This document shows positions 12,986 to 27,686 of a DNA stretch of 64,000 bases, piece by piece. Below the pieces are notes generated by a model. It was not told the origin of the DNA, searched no databases, and saw only the letters and a list, made by a program, of their open reading frames with translations. The position numbers were made by a program, and so were the translations under genes. How positions within the stretch are numbered: the first letter of the stretch is position 1; the number at the start of each line of letters is the position of its first letter. Source of the stretch: Eledone cirrhosa (lineage: Eukaryota); assembly GCA_964016885.1 (NCBI GenBank), contig OZ024745.1, positions 100,998,001 to 101,062,000 of the forward strand, read 5' to 3'.

Positions 12986-14545
12986 TTGACATAGCTAACC
13001 TATTCATGGTATGGTGGGACAATAAACTTAAAGAACAATTAGAAGACAACAACCTCTTAACCCTGATTATGTACACCCGCTACGTTGATGATATAAACAT
13101 CGTAGTAAAAACACCCCCGCCAGAGAATAGTCAGGAATTAGAGAAAAACACCATGGAAAGCATCCAGCAAATAGCTAACTACATCCACCAGAGTATTAGA
13201 GTTACTATAGACTACCCAAGCAAACACCCCAACCATCGATTACCTGTACTAGACACAGAGCTCTGGTTAGAAACTATTAATAACAAAAAACAAATCCTCC
13301 ATTCCCATTATGCCAAACCCATGACTTCCAAATATCTGATCCACCGAAACTCAGCTGTTTCGGATCACACCAAAATCAACATACTGATTGCGGATTTAGT
13401 ACGGGTGATGAGGAACGTGTCCCGCATGTGCAACCCCAAAGAACTAGAGAGACACATACAACACTTTGTCCATCGTATGCAGTTCTCTGGTTACAATCAG
13501 AGAGATAAAATCAGAGTATATAGAGGAGCCAGAACTAAATGGAAAAAATGGTAAATAATGATATAAATGGGACCTGCCCCTTGTATAGGAGCAAATTTTG
13601 GGTTAGAATAGAAAGAACTAGGAATAAAGTTAATAGAATAAACTCATGGTAAGATAGCAATAAATACTAGAGGTGAACTAGCTTACAAATTTAGAAGGGC
13701 CCTAGATAAACTTAAACTAAATATTAAGATAGTGGAAAGACCAGGTACCGCCATAAAAACACTTATTAGTAATACATACCCTTTTCAAAGACCTCCCTGT
13801 ATAGATAAGAAATGCATAATCTGTAAACTAACCATATTAACCGCAAAACTAGAAACATAGTATATAGTATAAGATGTAGTGAGGGACAATGTAAAGATAA
13901 GAATATAGTGAACATAGGTGAGACAGCTCGTAGTATAGGAGAACGATTAAATGAACACTGGCGAGAGCTTCAAGAATCATCAGTACTCCACCAACATCCT
14001 AAAATAGAACATAAGGGCAAATTAAAGAACATAGAAATAAAAATAAAATCTACACACAGAAAAGACGCAATGTTTAGACAAATCACAGAAGCAATAAACA
14101 TAAATGAACTCCAACCAAAATTAAATAGAAAACATGAATGGAATTACAACATCACAACTTACAATTAAGGACAAAATGAAAACACACACACATAGAACAA
14201 ACAACCTACTAGTAACATGTAAATAAACAAATAAATAAACAAATAAAAACAGACACAGACACCCGGATGTAACGCATGCGCAAACTAAGCACACAACACA
14301 CACAAAAACAAGATGGCGTAGGACAGAACAAACGAGAGGTGCAAAACAAAGAAAAGATGAGGTCACAGAATGTGTGACGAAAGAACTTTGACAATATATG
14401 AACAACCGTCCGGTTATGGACCAACCAACCAACCGAAAGTTATAAATTTCTTAAATTTATAATTTAATTTAACTTATAATAAATTGGAGTGAAAGCAACT
14501 GGTGCGTGTGTTTCTTATTGGCAACATGACCCTCCCAAAGTATAA
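12986..14545 (+). mobile_element. 5'-truncated Penelope-like retroelement (RT C-terminus + GIY-YIG), inactivated
   Basis: IANLFMVWWD..YTRYVDDINI..LPVLD, then NIGETARSIGERLNEH..QITEAINI..LN. Has frameshifts and stops relative to 32666-33636. Confidence 0.9.
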
Positions 14546-14548
14546 TTA

Positions 14549-14649
<101 letters not shown>

Positions 14650-14984
14650 ATACTTTGTGAGGCTCAACTGTAGTGCATGTGTTTTTATTGGCAGCATAAC
14701 CCTCCAAACGTATAAAAATATCTGTTTTCAACACACGTTTTCAGATCGGAAATCTTTCAAAAGAAATACTAAAACGAAATATGTGGGTGTGAGAGAGAGA
14801 GAGAGAGAGGGGGGGTGGAGTGTGTGTGTGTAAGGATGTCTTTCCCAATGGGGTTCGGGAAAAAACGCATGGCTAACCATAATACTCAAGACGTTGATAA
14901 TGAAGACGCATATTTATTTTATATCGAAATCACTTTTACAAGACAAAGACTGTTTCATTCCTAAAAAAATCATCATCAAAGGTC

Positions 14985-15049
<65 letters not shown>

Positions 15050-15055
<6 letters not shown>

Positions 15056-15439
15056 AGAAGAAATTAAAAGATGGTTAAAAAAGTTCCATGTATTTTATTA
15101 TGCGCATTTCAAAAACAAATATCATCCTGGTACGATATTTGCGTTTTCATCACATAAAATAGGGAGGCATGATATGAAGCTTAAAAAAAAACACTTGTGA
15201 GCAAGGTAGTGTCTAAACATTTTTTTAAGCTTCATATCATGTCTCCCTATTTTATCTGATGAGAACGCAAATATCGTCCCAGGGTGATATTTGTTTTTGA
15301 AATGCGCATAATAAAATACTTGGAACTTTTTTAACTATCTTTTAATTTCTTCTTATTTATACTCCAGTCCAATAAACTGTTGAGTGCTACTTATCCGATA
15401 TTTGCATTGCTTTATTGTGCTACAATAAAACTCACCTCC

Positions 15440-15440
<1 letters not shown>
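15050..15440. mobile_element. Fold-back pLTR-like insertion in (TA)n carrying two family C hammerheads
   Basis: 15050-15190 is inverted at 15220-15360. The plus-strand HHR (15248-15318) is intact; the minus copy (15091-15161) has GTGATGA in place of CTGATGA. Confidence 0.8.
15248..15318 (+). ncRNA. Type I hammerhead ribozyme (family C), intact core
   Basis: TATTTTAT CTGATGA GAACGCAAATATCG-TCCCAGGG-TGATATTTGTTTTT GAAA TGCGC ATA ATAAAATA. Confidence 0.85.
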
Positions 15441-15507
<67 letters not shown>

Positions 15508-15552
15508 ATAGAATACTATTAGCTTCTCGCTAAAATAATTTCTATACCTTTC

Positions 15553-15615
<63 letters not shown>

Positions 15616-15638
15616 TACATATATATATATATATATTT

Positions 15639-15674
<36 letters not shown>

Positions 15675-15677
<3 letters not shown>

Positions 15678-15925
15678 AAGTTATATTTAAAATTGTTGGG
15701 TTACAACTAGTAAATATTTATAACTGATATAAAAGCACTCGACAAATATTTGGAGTATATTTACAATATTAAATAAATGGAAAACTATATTTATAAAACC
15801 ATATTTATTTCATTATATATATTTCGGGGATATCATATTAACAATATGCTATGCCTTCATCAGACAAAATACAATATAAACAGTTTTATAGATAAATATA
15901 TTCGACATACCGTAATAAACATCAA
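15675..15925 (-). mobile_element. Solo pLTR of Naiad-type element with hammerhead (family D, 15808-15869)
   Basis: rc TTTTGT CTGATGA AGGCAT..ATATCCCC GAAA TATAT ATA ATGAAA. Homologous to 52733-52880. Confidence 0.75.
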
Positions 15926-16429
15926 CTTCATTTGAAGAGGTTTACTCTAGCAGTGAAAATACAGAGAGAAAGAAAGAGAGAGAGAAAAGAGGGAAATAAG
16001 AAAGAGAGAAAGACAAAACGAAGAAAAGGAAGAAAAAGAAGAAAAAGAAAAAGAAGAAATGCATGGGACAAAATAGAGAGATGGAAAAATAGATAAAGCG
16101 AAGAGCTTCATGTAAAGAGATAGAAAGAGATATATATATATATATGGAGGGGTGGGGAGAGAATTTGTGTGTGTGAGTGCGTTCGGGTAATACACGATTG
16201 TAAAAAAAACATTGTTGTTCTTGTTGTAAGGTTGTGGTTTAGCCTCCTAATTTTGCGTTGATTGAACAAGCCTGTAATCAAACCTGTTGGTTTTTCAGTC
16301 ACGGTGTATCCAGTTTAACTTTTTCTAAAAGTAATAGGGCGTTGAGTGAGGAATATTTAGCTGCTATTTCTAACTGAGTATATGAAAAGGCGAGGTACTT
16401 CATGATTTCATTTCAGAAAATGGCTTCTC

Positions 16430-16620
16430 TACAGGCAGTCGTGTATCGTATTAACAAAATAATATGGCTCTACTGCAAGAAGATAGCCTTTTGCAAACAA
16501 TGACACAACAGTTCCTGTCTTGAATTGCTCCGCTTCTATTTTTACAGAGAAATCTATGAAAGAGATTGCCTTCTTGTGAAGGTGTGGTCTTGACCGAATG
16601 TATCTAATTCCCAAAGACGC
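16430..16620 (-). mobile_element. Highly decayed LINE RT fragment (RTE-like)
   Basis: AISFIDFS..LLAVEPYYFVNTI resembles the FIDFSKAFD..L.AYG.P..V..I motif. Confidence 0.3.
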
Positions 16621-16950
16621 AGGTCTTTAAGTAAAATAAAAGTATATCACACTCGGATTTTAAGTGCATTCCTGAAACACAAGGGAAGTCCGATGTTCGT
16701 TTTTATCTAAGTGTCAATATATCTGTATTTATGGATATACGATATACATAAGCGTAAATATGTATACATACATATACACATACAACCGACGCATATTGTG
16801 TGTGTGTATATATATATACACACAGACATATATATTGTATGTGTGTGTGTAGCTATATATAAACAGAGAGAGAAAGAAAGAGAGAGGGAGTGAGAGAGGG
16901 GAGAGACATACATATATATATATATATATATAAATATATATATATACATA

Positions 16951-17104
<154 letters not shown>

Positions 17105-17190
17105 CATATATATAAATATATATATATATAAATATATATATATAATGTATATATATATACATATATATTATATATTTATAAATATATATT

Positions 17191-17225
<35 letters not shown>

Positions 17226-17240
17226 TTACATATATATATT

Positions 17241-17355
<115 letters not shown>

Positions 17356-17428
17356 GAGTCGGACCCCGACGGCTGAGCTCAAACCGTTTCGACGGCTAAT
17401 TCTGCTCTGTACATATATATATATATAA

Positions 17429-17460
<32 letters not shown>

Positions 17461-17468
17461 GTATATAA

Positions 17469-17499
<31 letters not shown>

Positions 17500-17529
17500 A
17501 ATATATATATATAAATATATATATATATA

Positions 17530-17701
17530 AATTATTTCCGGTTGAATCCGAGGTAACCACAGTAAGTAAGGTACTCAATACATAGCAGAGTATAAAAGTT
17601 TTAATATAGATGAGATTCTACAGGACTAGAACTGTTTCATTGTTTAGAAATCATCAGGAATCTGCGAAAGAATGAAACAGTTCTAGTCTTGTAGAATCTC
17701 A

Positions 17702-17706
<5 letters not shown>
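17530..17706 (-). ncRNA. pLTR fragment with type I hammerhead (family B, 17614-17662) and inverted partial copy
   Basis: rc GATTC CTGATGA TTTCTAAACAAT GAAA CAG-TTCTAGTC-CTG TA GAATC. Confidence 0.75.
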
Positions 17707-17749
<43 letters not shown>

Positions 17750-17752
<3 letters not shown>

Positions 17753-18382
17753 GCCCAATTTGCATACCGAGTGGGTTAATCGGCCGGGTGCACCGAAAAG
17801 GATAAACGAAAAAAATGAATCGAAATTTCATTTCCCACTCTTAGTATGGCTGTTACTTAAATATCCATACGTACATATATATATGTGTGCATGTATGTAT
17901 ATATATATATATATACATACTATTGTACGTCTGTATACATATATGTATGTACATGTACATACTTATATTTAAGTAACAGCCGTACTAAGAGTGGGAAATG
18001 AAATTTCGTTTCATTTTTTTCCGTTTATCGTTTTCGGTGCACCCGGCCTATTAACCCACTCGGTATGCAAATTGGGCTACTCAGCCGTTAATATGCATAA
18101 AGGTAAGTATATACGTTCAACAATCTGGCAGGAAGGTATACGTTGCTGACGATAGCTAATAAGCTTGAAACTAGTCCAACGTCCCTTTGTCAGTGTTGAA
18201 CAAACGAGCAACGATGGTTGCTAGACACTACGGCTTAATACGGGATGTTTGTTTACAAACACACCGAGCATTATAATAAATGTTCGGTGAATCCATACGT
18301 ACATATATATATGTGTGCATGTATGTATATATATATACATACTACTGTACGTCTGTATACATATATGTATGTACGTGTAATA

Positions 18383-18385
<3 letters not shown>
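17750..18385 (+). mobile_element. Retrozyme-like ~430-nt unit (family A), locus 1, with inverted 5' segment
   Basis: 17750-17870 is inverted relative to 17965-18083. Contains the HHR at 18140-18182. Flanked by (TA)n. Confidence 0.8.
18140..18182 (+). ncRNA. Minimal type I hammerhead ribozyme (family A)
   Basis: ACGTTG CTGACGA T-AGCT-AATA-AGCT-T GAAA CTA GTC CAACGT. Perfect 6-bp stem I, palindromic stem III ACTAGT, GUC cleavage site. Confidence 0.9.
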
Positions 18386-18414
<29 letters not shown>

Positions 18415-18419
<5 letters not shown>

Positions 18420-18812
18420 AGAAGTTATATTTAAATTGTTGGGATACAACAAGCAAATATTTTTATAACTGATATAATGCACTCAACAAATTATTGGAGT
18501 AAAAATACGAGATATTAACAAATGGAAACTAAATTTATAAAACCATATTTATTTCATTATACATATTTCAAGAACATCAAATCAAATTATGGTGCGCTTT
18601 CATTAGATAAAATATAATATAGATCAGTTTTATAAATAAATATTGACATACCAATAAAGAAATGGTCGCATTATTTAAGGGTATGTCAATATTTATTTAT
18701 AAAACTGATCCATATTATATTTAATCTGATGAAAGCGCACCATAATTTGCCTTGGTGTCCTTATAATGAAATAAATATGGTTTTATAAATATAGTTTCTA
18801 TTTGTTAATATA
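18415..18812. mobile_element. Fold-back Naiad-type pLTR with two damaged family D hammerheads
   Basis: 18510-18652 is inverted at 18680-18812. The minus core is CTAATGA, and the plus copy has lost the GAAA segment. Confidence 0.75.
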
Positions 18813-18832
18813 TGGTATATATATATAAATAA

Positions 18833-19115
<283 letters not shown>

Positions 19116-19186
19116 CATATATTTATATATATATGTATATATAGGTATGTATTTCTCTCCCATCTCTCACATATAATATATATAAA

Positions 19187-19230
<44 letters not shown>

Positions 19231-19296
19231 AGAGAGAGATAAAGCTATGATCAATTCATGAAAGGTTTATCTGAACCAAGAGCGTAGATTTGTATA

Positions 19297-19950
<654 letters not shown>

Positions 19951-20007
19951 TATATAAAATATTTATATATATATATTTACATATATATATAGGCATACAC
20001 CCCTCCC

Positions 20008-20118
<111 letters not shown>

Positions 20119-20568
20119 TGTGTATGTTTCTGTATGTCTATATGTATACATTTGTGTTTGTTTATACGTACATAAGACTTTGTACGAGTGCGGAGTGTGG
20201 GTGCTTGCGTGTAATTGTGTGTTTATACGCGTGACTCTATGTTCGTGTTATGCATGTTACTTTCCGTGTAAACATCATACATTAATGCACCCATTTACTA
20301 AGACACACCTATGTTTTTCTTGTTCTCAAGACCCATCATTTGATATGCGTGTGTTTGCATATGTGGATGTATATTTGACTAATATGATATGACCAAACAT
20401 ACCAAATACCTTTAATCAGGAATCGTGACGCCCTGTTATCTAATAACCGTCCAGCAATGTGGTGATTTCTATCAAGTTATGTATAAATGAACCTACATAT
20501 ATTAACATAATTTAACTTGATACAGGTGCCTGTGTATATCATTATTATCTATAACTACTATAAGTGCT

Positions 20569-20750
20569 GTGGATTGGCAGTATCGGTAGAGGGTCGGACG
20601 CCATGCTTTCCAGCATTGTTACGTCCCTTTACGATCTGAGTTGAAATCCCACCAAGGTTGACTTTGCCTTTCATCCTTACGGGGTCGATAAAAAATAAAG
20701 TACCAGTAATGCACTGGGTGTTTGCTGGCCTTGTGCCTAAAGCAGAAACA
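20569..20750 (+). mobile_element. tRNA-derived SINE with 20-bp TSD
   Basis: ATTATTATCTATAACTACTA at 20541 and 20751. Confidence 0.9.
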
Positions 20751-20888
20751 ATTATTATCTATAACTACTACACAATTTCAATTTACGTTAAACCGAATTA
20801 ATCTTTATATATATATATATATATATATGACCTTTCCGTCGGAAAGGTCCAGGACAAAAGAGTGCTCTATGTAGGTTACAGAGCTTAT

Positions 20889-21016
20889 TAGTTATGTAAT
20901 AAACAACATAAGACAATTATTTCATTTACCAGTGGTTTCTTGAAAGCAAATTTGTTTGCTTTCAAGAAACCACTGGTAAATGAAATAATTATCTTATGTT
21001 GTTTATTACATAACTA
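20889..21016. repeat. Near-perfect ~62-bp-arm palindrome next to (TA)n, followed by a Penelope terminal fragment (21025-21078)
   Basis: TAGTTATGTAATAAAC..GAAAGCAAA-TTTG-TTTGCTTTC..GTTTATTACATAACTA. Confidence 0.85.
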
Positions 21017-21071
21017 TATATATATATTGTTATACTTTGAGAGGGTCATGTTGCCAATAAGAATTCAGAAA

Positions 21072-21102
<31 letters not shown>

Positions 21103-21344
21103 ATGGAAAATTTGAACAGGAACAAAACAGAGAGACAGTACAACGAATGTTTATTAATTTCACGCTCTGGAGAGTGGGGCGGTGGTGATATATATATATA
21201 TAAATGAAAGGTATAGAAAATATTATATATATATATATATATCTATTACAAAATATTATATATTATATATATATATAATAAATATATATGTATAGTAATA
21301 AATATATATGTATATTAATAAATATATATATGTATATATATATA

Positions 21345-21572
21345 TCAGACAGTCCACGCTGTAATGTGGCCGTGTAGGCAACACGGTAAAAACCTCCCAG
21401 CCCCACACTGTAAATGTGGTTGGTGTTAGGAAGGGCATCCAGCTGTAGAAAACCCGCCAGACAGTCCTATGCGAGCAAGACAACCACTCTTGCCTCAAGT
21501 GGGAAAACCCCCGTCCAAACCCATGCAAGCGTGGAACACGGACGCTAAACCTGATGATGATGATGATGATGA
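21345..21572 (+). mobile_element. SINE with RTE-derived 3' tail
   Basis: GGTGTTAGGAAGGGCATCCAGCTGTAGAAAACC core, ending CGGACGCTAAAC(TGA)n like the RTE tail at 8483-8530. Confidence 0.75.
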
Positions 21573-21574
21573 TA

Positions 21575-21635
<61 letters not shown>

Positions 21636-21837
21636 ATATATATATAAAACGAAAGAGTTGTGGTAAGGAACCAGATGGACCATGACGCACCAGAGTACTC
21701 AATACTTAGAGTAGTAGAGTGGGTAATAGGAAAATGTACGACCCCGACGGCAGAGCTCAAGCCGTTTCGACGGCTATTTCGAGTTCAGAAATAGCCGTTG
21801 AAACGGCTTGAGCTCTACTGTCGGGTTCATACATTTT

Positions 21838-21921
<84 letters not shown>

Positions 21922-22126
21922 CATAATAGATTACCAAGGTTCAACAATTAATAGATTATTTATTTGATCTACATAAATTCATTCCCTAAATATATTCTTT
22001 ATAGAGAAATCGTCAGGATCAATTATATACAACATATTAAAAGGTGTTTAAGTACCGACCGGTATATGTACATATATAGCGGCGAAATGGCAGAGTCGTT
22101 AAGACGTCGGATAGAATGCTTTACGG

Positions 22127-22445
22127 CAGGGGTTCTCAACCTGTCTCCATGTGGACCACTAGTGGTCCACAGGAAAATTCAGCTGGTCCACAGAAAATGT
22201 TCAATAGCAAGTCTTTTTTTGATCCATGCATTTGACTTAAAGCGCTGTTCTTATTCTTCGCATAAGTACGACTTCAGCTGTTTATTTGCGTAGTTTTTTA
22301 GGCACTGCGACATGATAATAGCATTTACTAATTCATTGAAAAAAACATCTACTGATGCTTATAAGTAGCAGTTCTATTACAAAAGATTTTAAAGTTTAGG
22401 TGGTCCACAGGAAAAAAATACTTATTTTGGTGGTACACAGCGAAA
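22127..22445 (+). mobile_element. hAT (Charlie-like) MITE remnant interrupting a SINE (22078-22126 and 22485-22680)
   Basis: Left end CAGGGGTTCTCAACC and subterminal GGTCCACAG repeats. Right TIR not seen. Confidence 0.55.
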
Positions 22446-22747
22446 AATAAGTATTCTTCTCACCTATTCGTCTCACCTATTTGCGCACCCTGACTTCAAA
22501 TCCCGCCAGGGTTAACTTTGCCTTTCATTCTTTCGAGGTCGATAAAAAACGTACGGACCAGTGCAGTACTGAGGTCGATTCTTCCTCTATAGAAAAAATC
22601 GGCTGGGTTGAGACCTGGAGAGGGTTGGGCTCTGCAAAGTTTAAAAGTGCCCTAGACACGCCGTATGACGGTGACTCAATGAATCCACAAGGAGTTTTCG
22701 GATTTTTATCCTTATCCTTTATATATATATATGTATATATACATATA

Positions 22748-22797
<50 letters not shown>

Positions 22798-22803
22798 ATA
22801 TAT

Positions 22804-23607
<804 letters not shown>

Positions 23608-23705
23608 TATATACATATATATATATACATATATATATATATACATACACATATATATATATGAGTTTTCGGCTTGTATTGGCCGATAGTGCTTCTTGTA
23701 GTTTT

Positions 23706-23750
23706 AATTGCCCTGATGAGTCCTTAATAGGACGAAACATTGTTGGCTAA
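23706..23750 (+). ncRNA. Minimal type I hammerhead ribozyme (family E) in a pLTR-like insert (23662-23898)
   Basis: GCC CTGATGA GTCC-TTAATA-GGAC GAAA C-ATT-GTT GGC, followed immediately by AATAAA. Confidence 0.8.
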
Positions 23751-24246
23751 TAAAGACTTTTGATGTATTGAAGGCTTCTTTGTTTTATTTTCATAATTCT
23801 TCGGCTCTGTTTAATTAAATTGAGCTATACCTTTTACTGTCATTTCTATAATACGAAGAGGGTGTTTAACTCCAACACGCTCCAGTATTTTAATCCTTAT
23901 ATATATATATACATTTATATATATACATATATATATATATACATACATATACATATATATATATATACATATATAGATATATATATATACATATATATAC
24001 ATACATATATATGTATATACATATTATATATACATATATATATATATACATATATATATACACATATCTATATATACATATATATATATACACATATATA
24101 TATACATATACATATATATATATACATATATATATATACACATATATATATACATATACATATATATATATACATATATATATATATACATATATATATA
24201 AATATATATATATATACATATATACATATATATATTTATATATATA

Positions 24247-24291
<45 letters not shown>

Positions 24292-24359
24292 ATATATATA
24301 TATATGTATATATGTATATATATATATATATGTATATATGTATATATATATATAACTAT

Positions 24360-25968
24360 ATACAACAACTAGAACGGTACGCGATGGGGGCCACCCACAG
24401 CCCCGGCGGGCAGAATGGAGAAGGAGTTTCTCCGGATGACGGCGAGGGAGACGCGCTGGAAGGGACACTCCAACTCGCGAGGCTCACACCTGCGGCTGGC
24501 CAGCTCAGCGCCTATGGTGGTGAATAAGGAGGTAGCCCTGTGGCCGAGGAAACCAGAAGTCTCCGCTGCCAGGGGTACGACCGCAAACCTGTCGGAGAGC
24601 GACCGGTATTTGAGGAGTTTGGCCCCCTCAGCCCGACGTGCAGCACAACCTGGGTCAGTCGCAGACTGCACCAGGTTGCGGCTGCAGAAAATGTCGGTGC
24701 AAGTGGCAACCCAGACGAGGGGTTTGCCACCGCGGAACGGGAAGATGGTCATGCCATCTGGCCTTTTGCCGTCCCCTCGGTCCAACACCACCGGCTCAGC
24801 TGGGAAGGGAAGCCTGCAGCGTCCAAGCCATGCTTAATGACCTCGTTGAGGGCAGCATGGCGTGGAATGCGGCCGGCACTGTGACGACAGGAAAGCGGGT
24901 GGAGGCCGAAAGAGTCCACGGTGGAACCGCAGCGACATTGGTGTGGCTGGCAGATCCGGAGGCTGAGCCTCAGGGAAACGCCGATTCGCAAGCTATGGTT
25001 GTCTAGCTGCGTGCCAGTGGAGAAGGAGGACAGGGCATGGAGCCAGGCACCACTGTGGGGTTTGGAGGCCGCACGAAAACAAGCAAGGCGGTGCTGGTCG
25101 AGCTGGCGCGTGAGCCTGTCTGAGGCCAGGCTGCACTGGATGGCATCCCAAGTGTGTTGGGGGGACTTGACGTCAACAGGGGGAGAAGGAGGAGGAACGG
25201 CTACTGGGCTAAGTCCCAGCCGGTCCCACGTCTCATAGGCGGCCTCAGTGTTCTGTTGTATTTTGAAGAACCCTGCTGATGAGGACGCGGTACGAGGTTA
25301 CCGACGAAAGATACGCCGGCAAAGCTAGTGAGATCGGGGACCGGAGGCCAAAGCCGCCATATCTGACAGGTAAAGCGGCCTGTTGCCACCATATGTCGTC
25401 AAACTTGACGTTGCATATGTCCTCGGCTGCTGCTCGGACACAAGTATCGAGGGCAGTGAGGAGAGATGTCTGGGTGTAGTACGGATCGCTGCGATGTAGA
25501 GAGTGTAGAGAGGAGCTTCGGCATGGCGAAGCAGTTCCACAGCAGAAAGAGCTGGGTGGCCGTCAATCAAGCCCAGTCGGCTCGTGAAAGTCTGGAGCTG
25601 TTGAAGCCTGGACCTGATGGTGGAGCGGATGGCCGGCGGGTGGATCGGTGACCCGAGGATGAGGACATCTTCTTTGGGGGGTCACCTGAACCTGGCGGAG
25701 AATGGACCGCACGTCCAAGATGGAGGCTGCAAAGCTCGCAGCATCGAGGCTGACATTGACCACCTCCGACTTGGCCGAGTTGACCTGGAACCCGATTCCC
25801 ACCAGGGCAGGAACCACCGATTGAAGGTCATGGCAGACCGTCCATACGGGCCCGCCCAACGTAGCATCATCTAGATACCAAACGTTGAGAGGGGCCGTGA
25901 TACTCCGGGCGATGTGGTCAATAACAAGGGCGAACAGGAGGGGTCCCAAAGGTCGCCCTGCTGGACCT
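24360..25968 (-). mobile_element. 5'-truncated CRE-clade non-LTR retrotransposon (RT + restriction-like endonuclease), frameshifted
   Basis: QQGD-LGPLLFALVID..WYLDDATL (RT); CRCG..HPLSC..RH (zinc knuckle); [32 protein letters not shown] (RLE). The 3' end abuts (TA)n. Confidence 0.9.
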
Positions 25969-26009
25969 GTGTTAGTGGGTCGTTAGAGAAAATGGGAGTA
26001 GCATTATGT

Positions 26010-26715
26010 TAAAATAACGGGCGCTCTCCGACAGGTTCGCGGTCGTGCCCTTGACAGTGGAGACTTATGGTGTCCTCAGTCCTAGAGCTACCTCTCTACT
26101 CACCACCGTAGGTGCTGAACTGGCCAACCGCAGATGTGAGCCTCATGAGTTAGAATGGCTCTTCCAGCGCATCTCCCTTACCATCCTCCGTGGAAACGCC
26201 ATCTCCATACCGTCCGCCGGGGCTGTGGGTGTGAGGAGGCCAGCACGTGGGACCCCATTTGCTCACCATACGGAGAGATGGGGAGGGCGAGAGAGATGGT
26301 GGCGATGACAGTGGGTGTTCGGATCTTCCACGTTCGGGCTGTAGCGGTTGTCTCCCTTGTTGTGACTCACAACCCCAATAGATTAACATCTAGACGGGAA
26401 GTAGAACCCTTTCTGTAACTTCCGGCAGAGCCCTATAAAACGAATAGCCTTCGGCTCTCTCCATCTCTTTTGCCCTTCCGGCGCCTGGCCTTCGCCAGGC
26501 GTCTCGCGTTTGCCTGGCAATCAAAACGGTAACTACTAACTTTGCTTCATTCTATCATCTATTACTTTGACATGTCAACTATACTGTTCTATCTATATCC
26601 ATGATTGTTAATTAAATATTATACACAAACCATGTCTCCGTGTTACATTCATACAGCCCAGTATCTTCGCTATAGGGCCATATCCTTGTGGTTGTGTTCA
26701 TTAAACAGTTAAAGA
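26010..26715 (+). mobile_element. CRE-clade 3' fragment (tail type 1) split by a solo LTR
   Basis: PLTVETYGVLSPRATSLLTTVGAELANRRCEPHELEWLFQRISLTILRGNA. The tail resumes at 26679. Confidence 0.85.
26340..26674 (+). mobile_element. Solo LTR (probably Gypsy/Ty3)
   Basis: TGTAGCG...CGCTATA terminal inverted repeat, 4-bp TSD GGGC/GGGC, TATAAAA near 26434, ATTAAA near 26611. It cleanly interrupts a CRE tail that is contiguous at 4985-5180. Confidence 0.85.
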
Positions 26716-27294
26716 TTTCACAGTTAATGATATGTGAGAATACGCTGATTGAAGTGATTGATACGGTGATATATAGAGGTTTGTTTCCGATGGGTCAGTC
26801 ACTGTCCATCGTGAGCCGTAGTTTACTGGGGTGTGGGCCTGTTAAAATAGGCAAGAGGTGGTGATTTTTCATAGGAAGAGGCGAAAATTAGTGCTATACT
26901 TTATATTTATGAAAGAGAAGAATAAATGTTTTGAGATAAATGAAGTGATGAAAGAAAAAATATAGATAAGATGATGATAAATTAGTTGGTATCTGCATTG
27001 TAGACAGGATGTTGGCGCCATTCGTGATGTAGAAAAAGTGTAGATTGTTGACACGTTGAAATAAAGAAATATATGACTCTAATAAAAGAATGATTATATG
27101 TATATGAATGGATACTAGAATTATCCTCAAAATAGATGCAGATGCGGGATCGAATTCTATATAGTTGGGATAGTTGGAGGTATGTGGCCTATAGATTATA
27201 TTTGAGTTGAGAATATTTGTTTAAGGTTAATGTGTCGGTGCATCTATTATCTAAAAGGTAATGCAATTTATGTGTACTATAAACTATTTTCTGT

Positions 27295-27440
27295 TGTGAC
27301 GCCTTCTCCATTCTGTCCGTCGGGGTCGTGGGGCGGCCAGCGCGTGGGACCCCATTTGCTCATAATACAGAGAGATGGGGAGGGCGAGAGAGATGGAGGC
27401 GATGCCAGTGGGAGTTCGGTTCTTCCGTGTTCGGACACAT
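27295..27440 (+). mobile_element. CRE-clade 3' fragment (tail type 1)
   Basis: Matches 26195-26339. Confidence 0.75.
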
Positions 27441-27509
27441 CTATCAATTCTATGTTACTATTGATACTTGAATATCCTACACACACATATATACACATAT
27501 ATAAAGGAT

Positions 27510-27686
27510 AAAAAAGCTTCCTTCGGTCATGAAAGGCCACGTGTTTCACATTCGAGCAAGGTGTTTTTGTTGACGACCAGCAGTCGCTTATGTATACTAG
27601 TATCCCCTTCACTCCACCGATGTTGTCCAAGGGCAAAGTAAAAGCCGATATAGTTTGGCACCAGTAACGTCGCAACTCATTTCTAC
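27510..27686 (-). mobile_element. Fragment of second tRNA-SINE family (see 42785-43050)
   Basis: Shares CGTCGCAACTCATTTCTAC and TTGTCCAAGGG.AAAG with 42870-42940. Confidence 0.7.

Noticed and set aside
14945-14985. Degenerate hammerhead (TTGATGA..GAAACAGTC, minus strand)
   Set aside because: Core C is mutated and stem I does not pair, so it was not counted.
25275-25312. CTGATGA as a hammerhead core (also at 39283, 49458, 50077)
   Set aside because: No properly spaced GAAA with pairing stems; two of these lie within CRE coding or SINE sequence.
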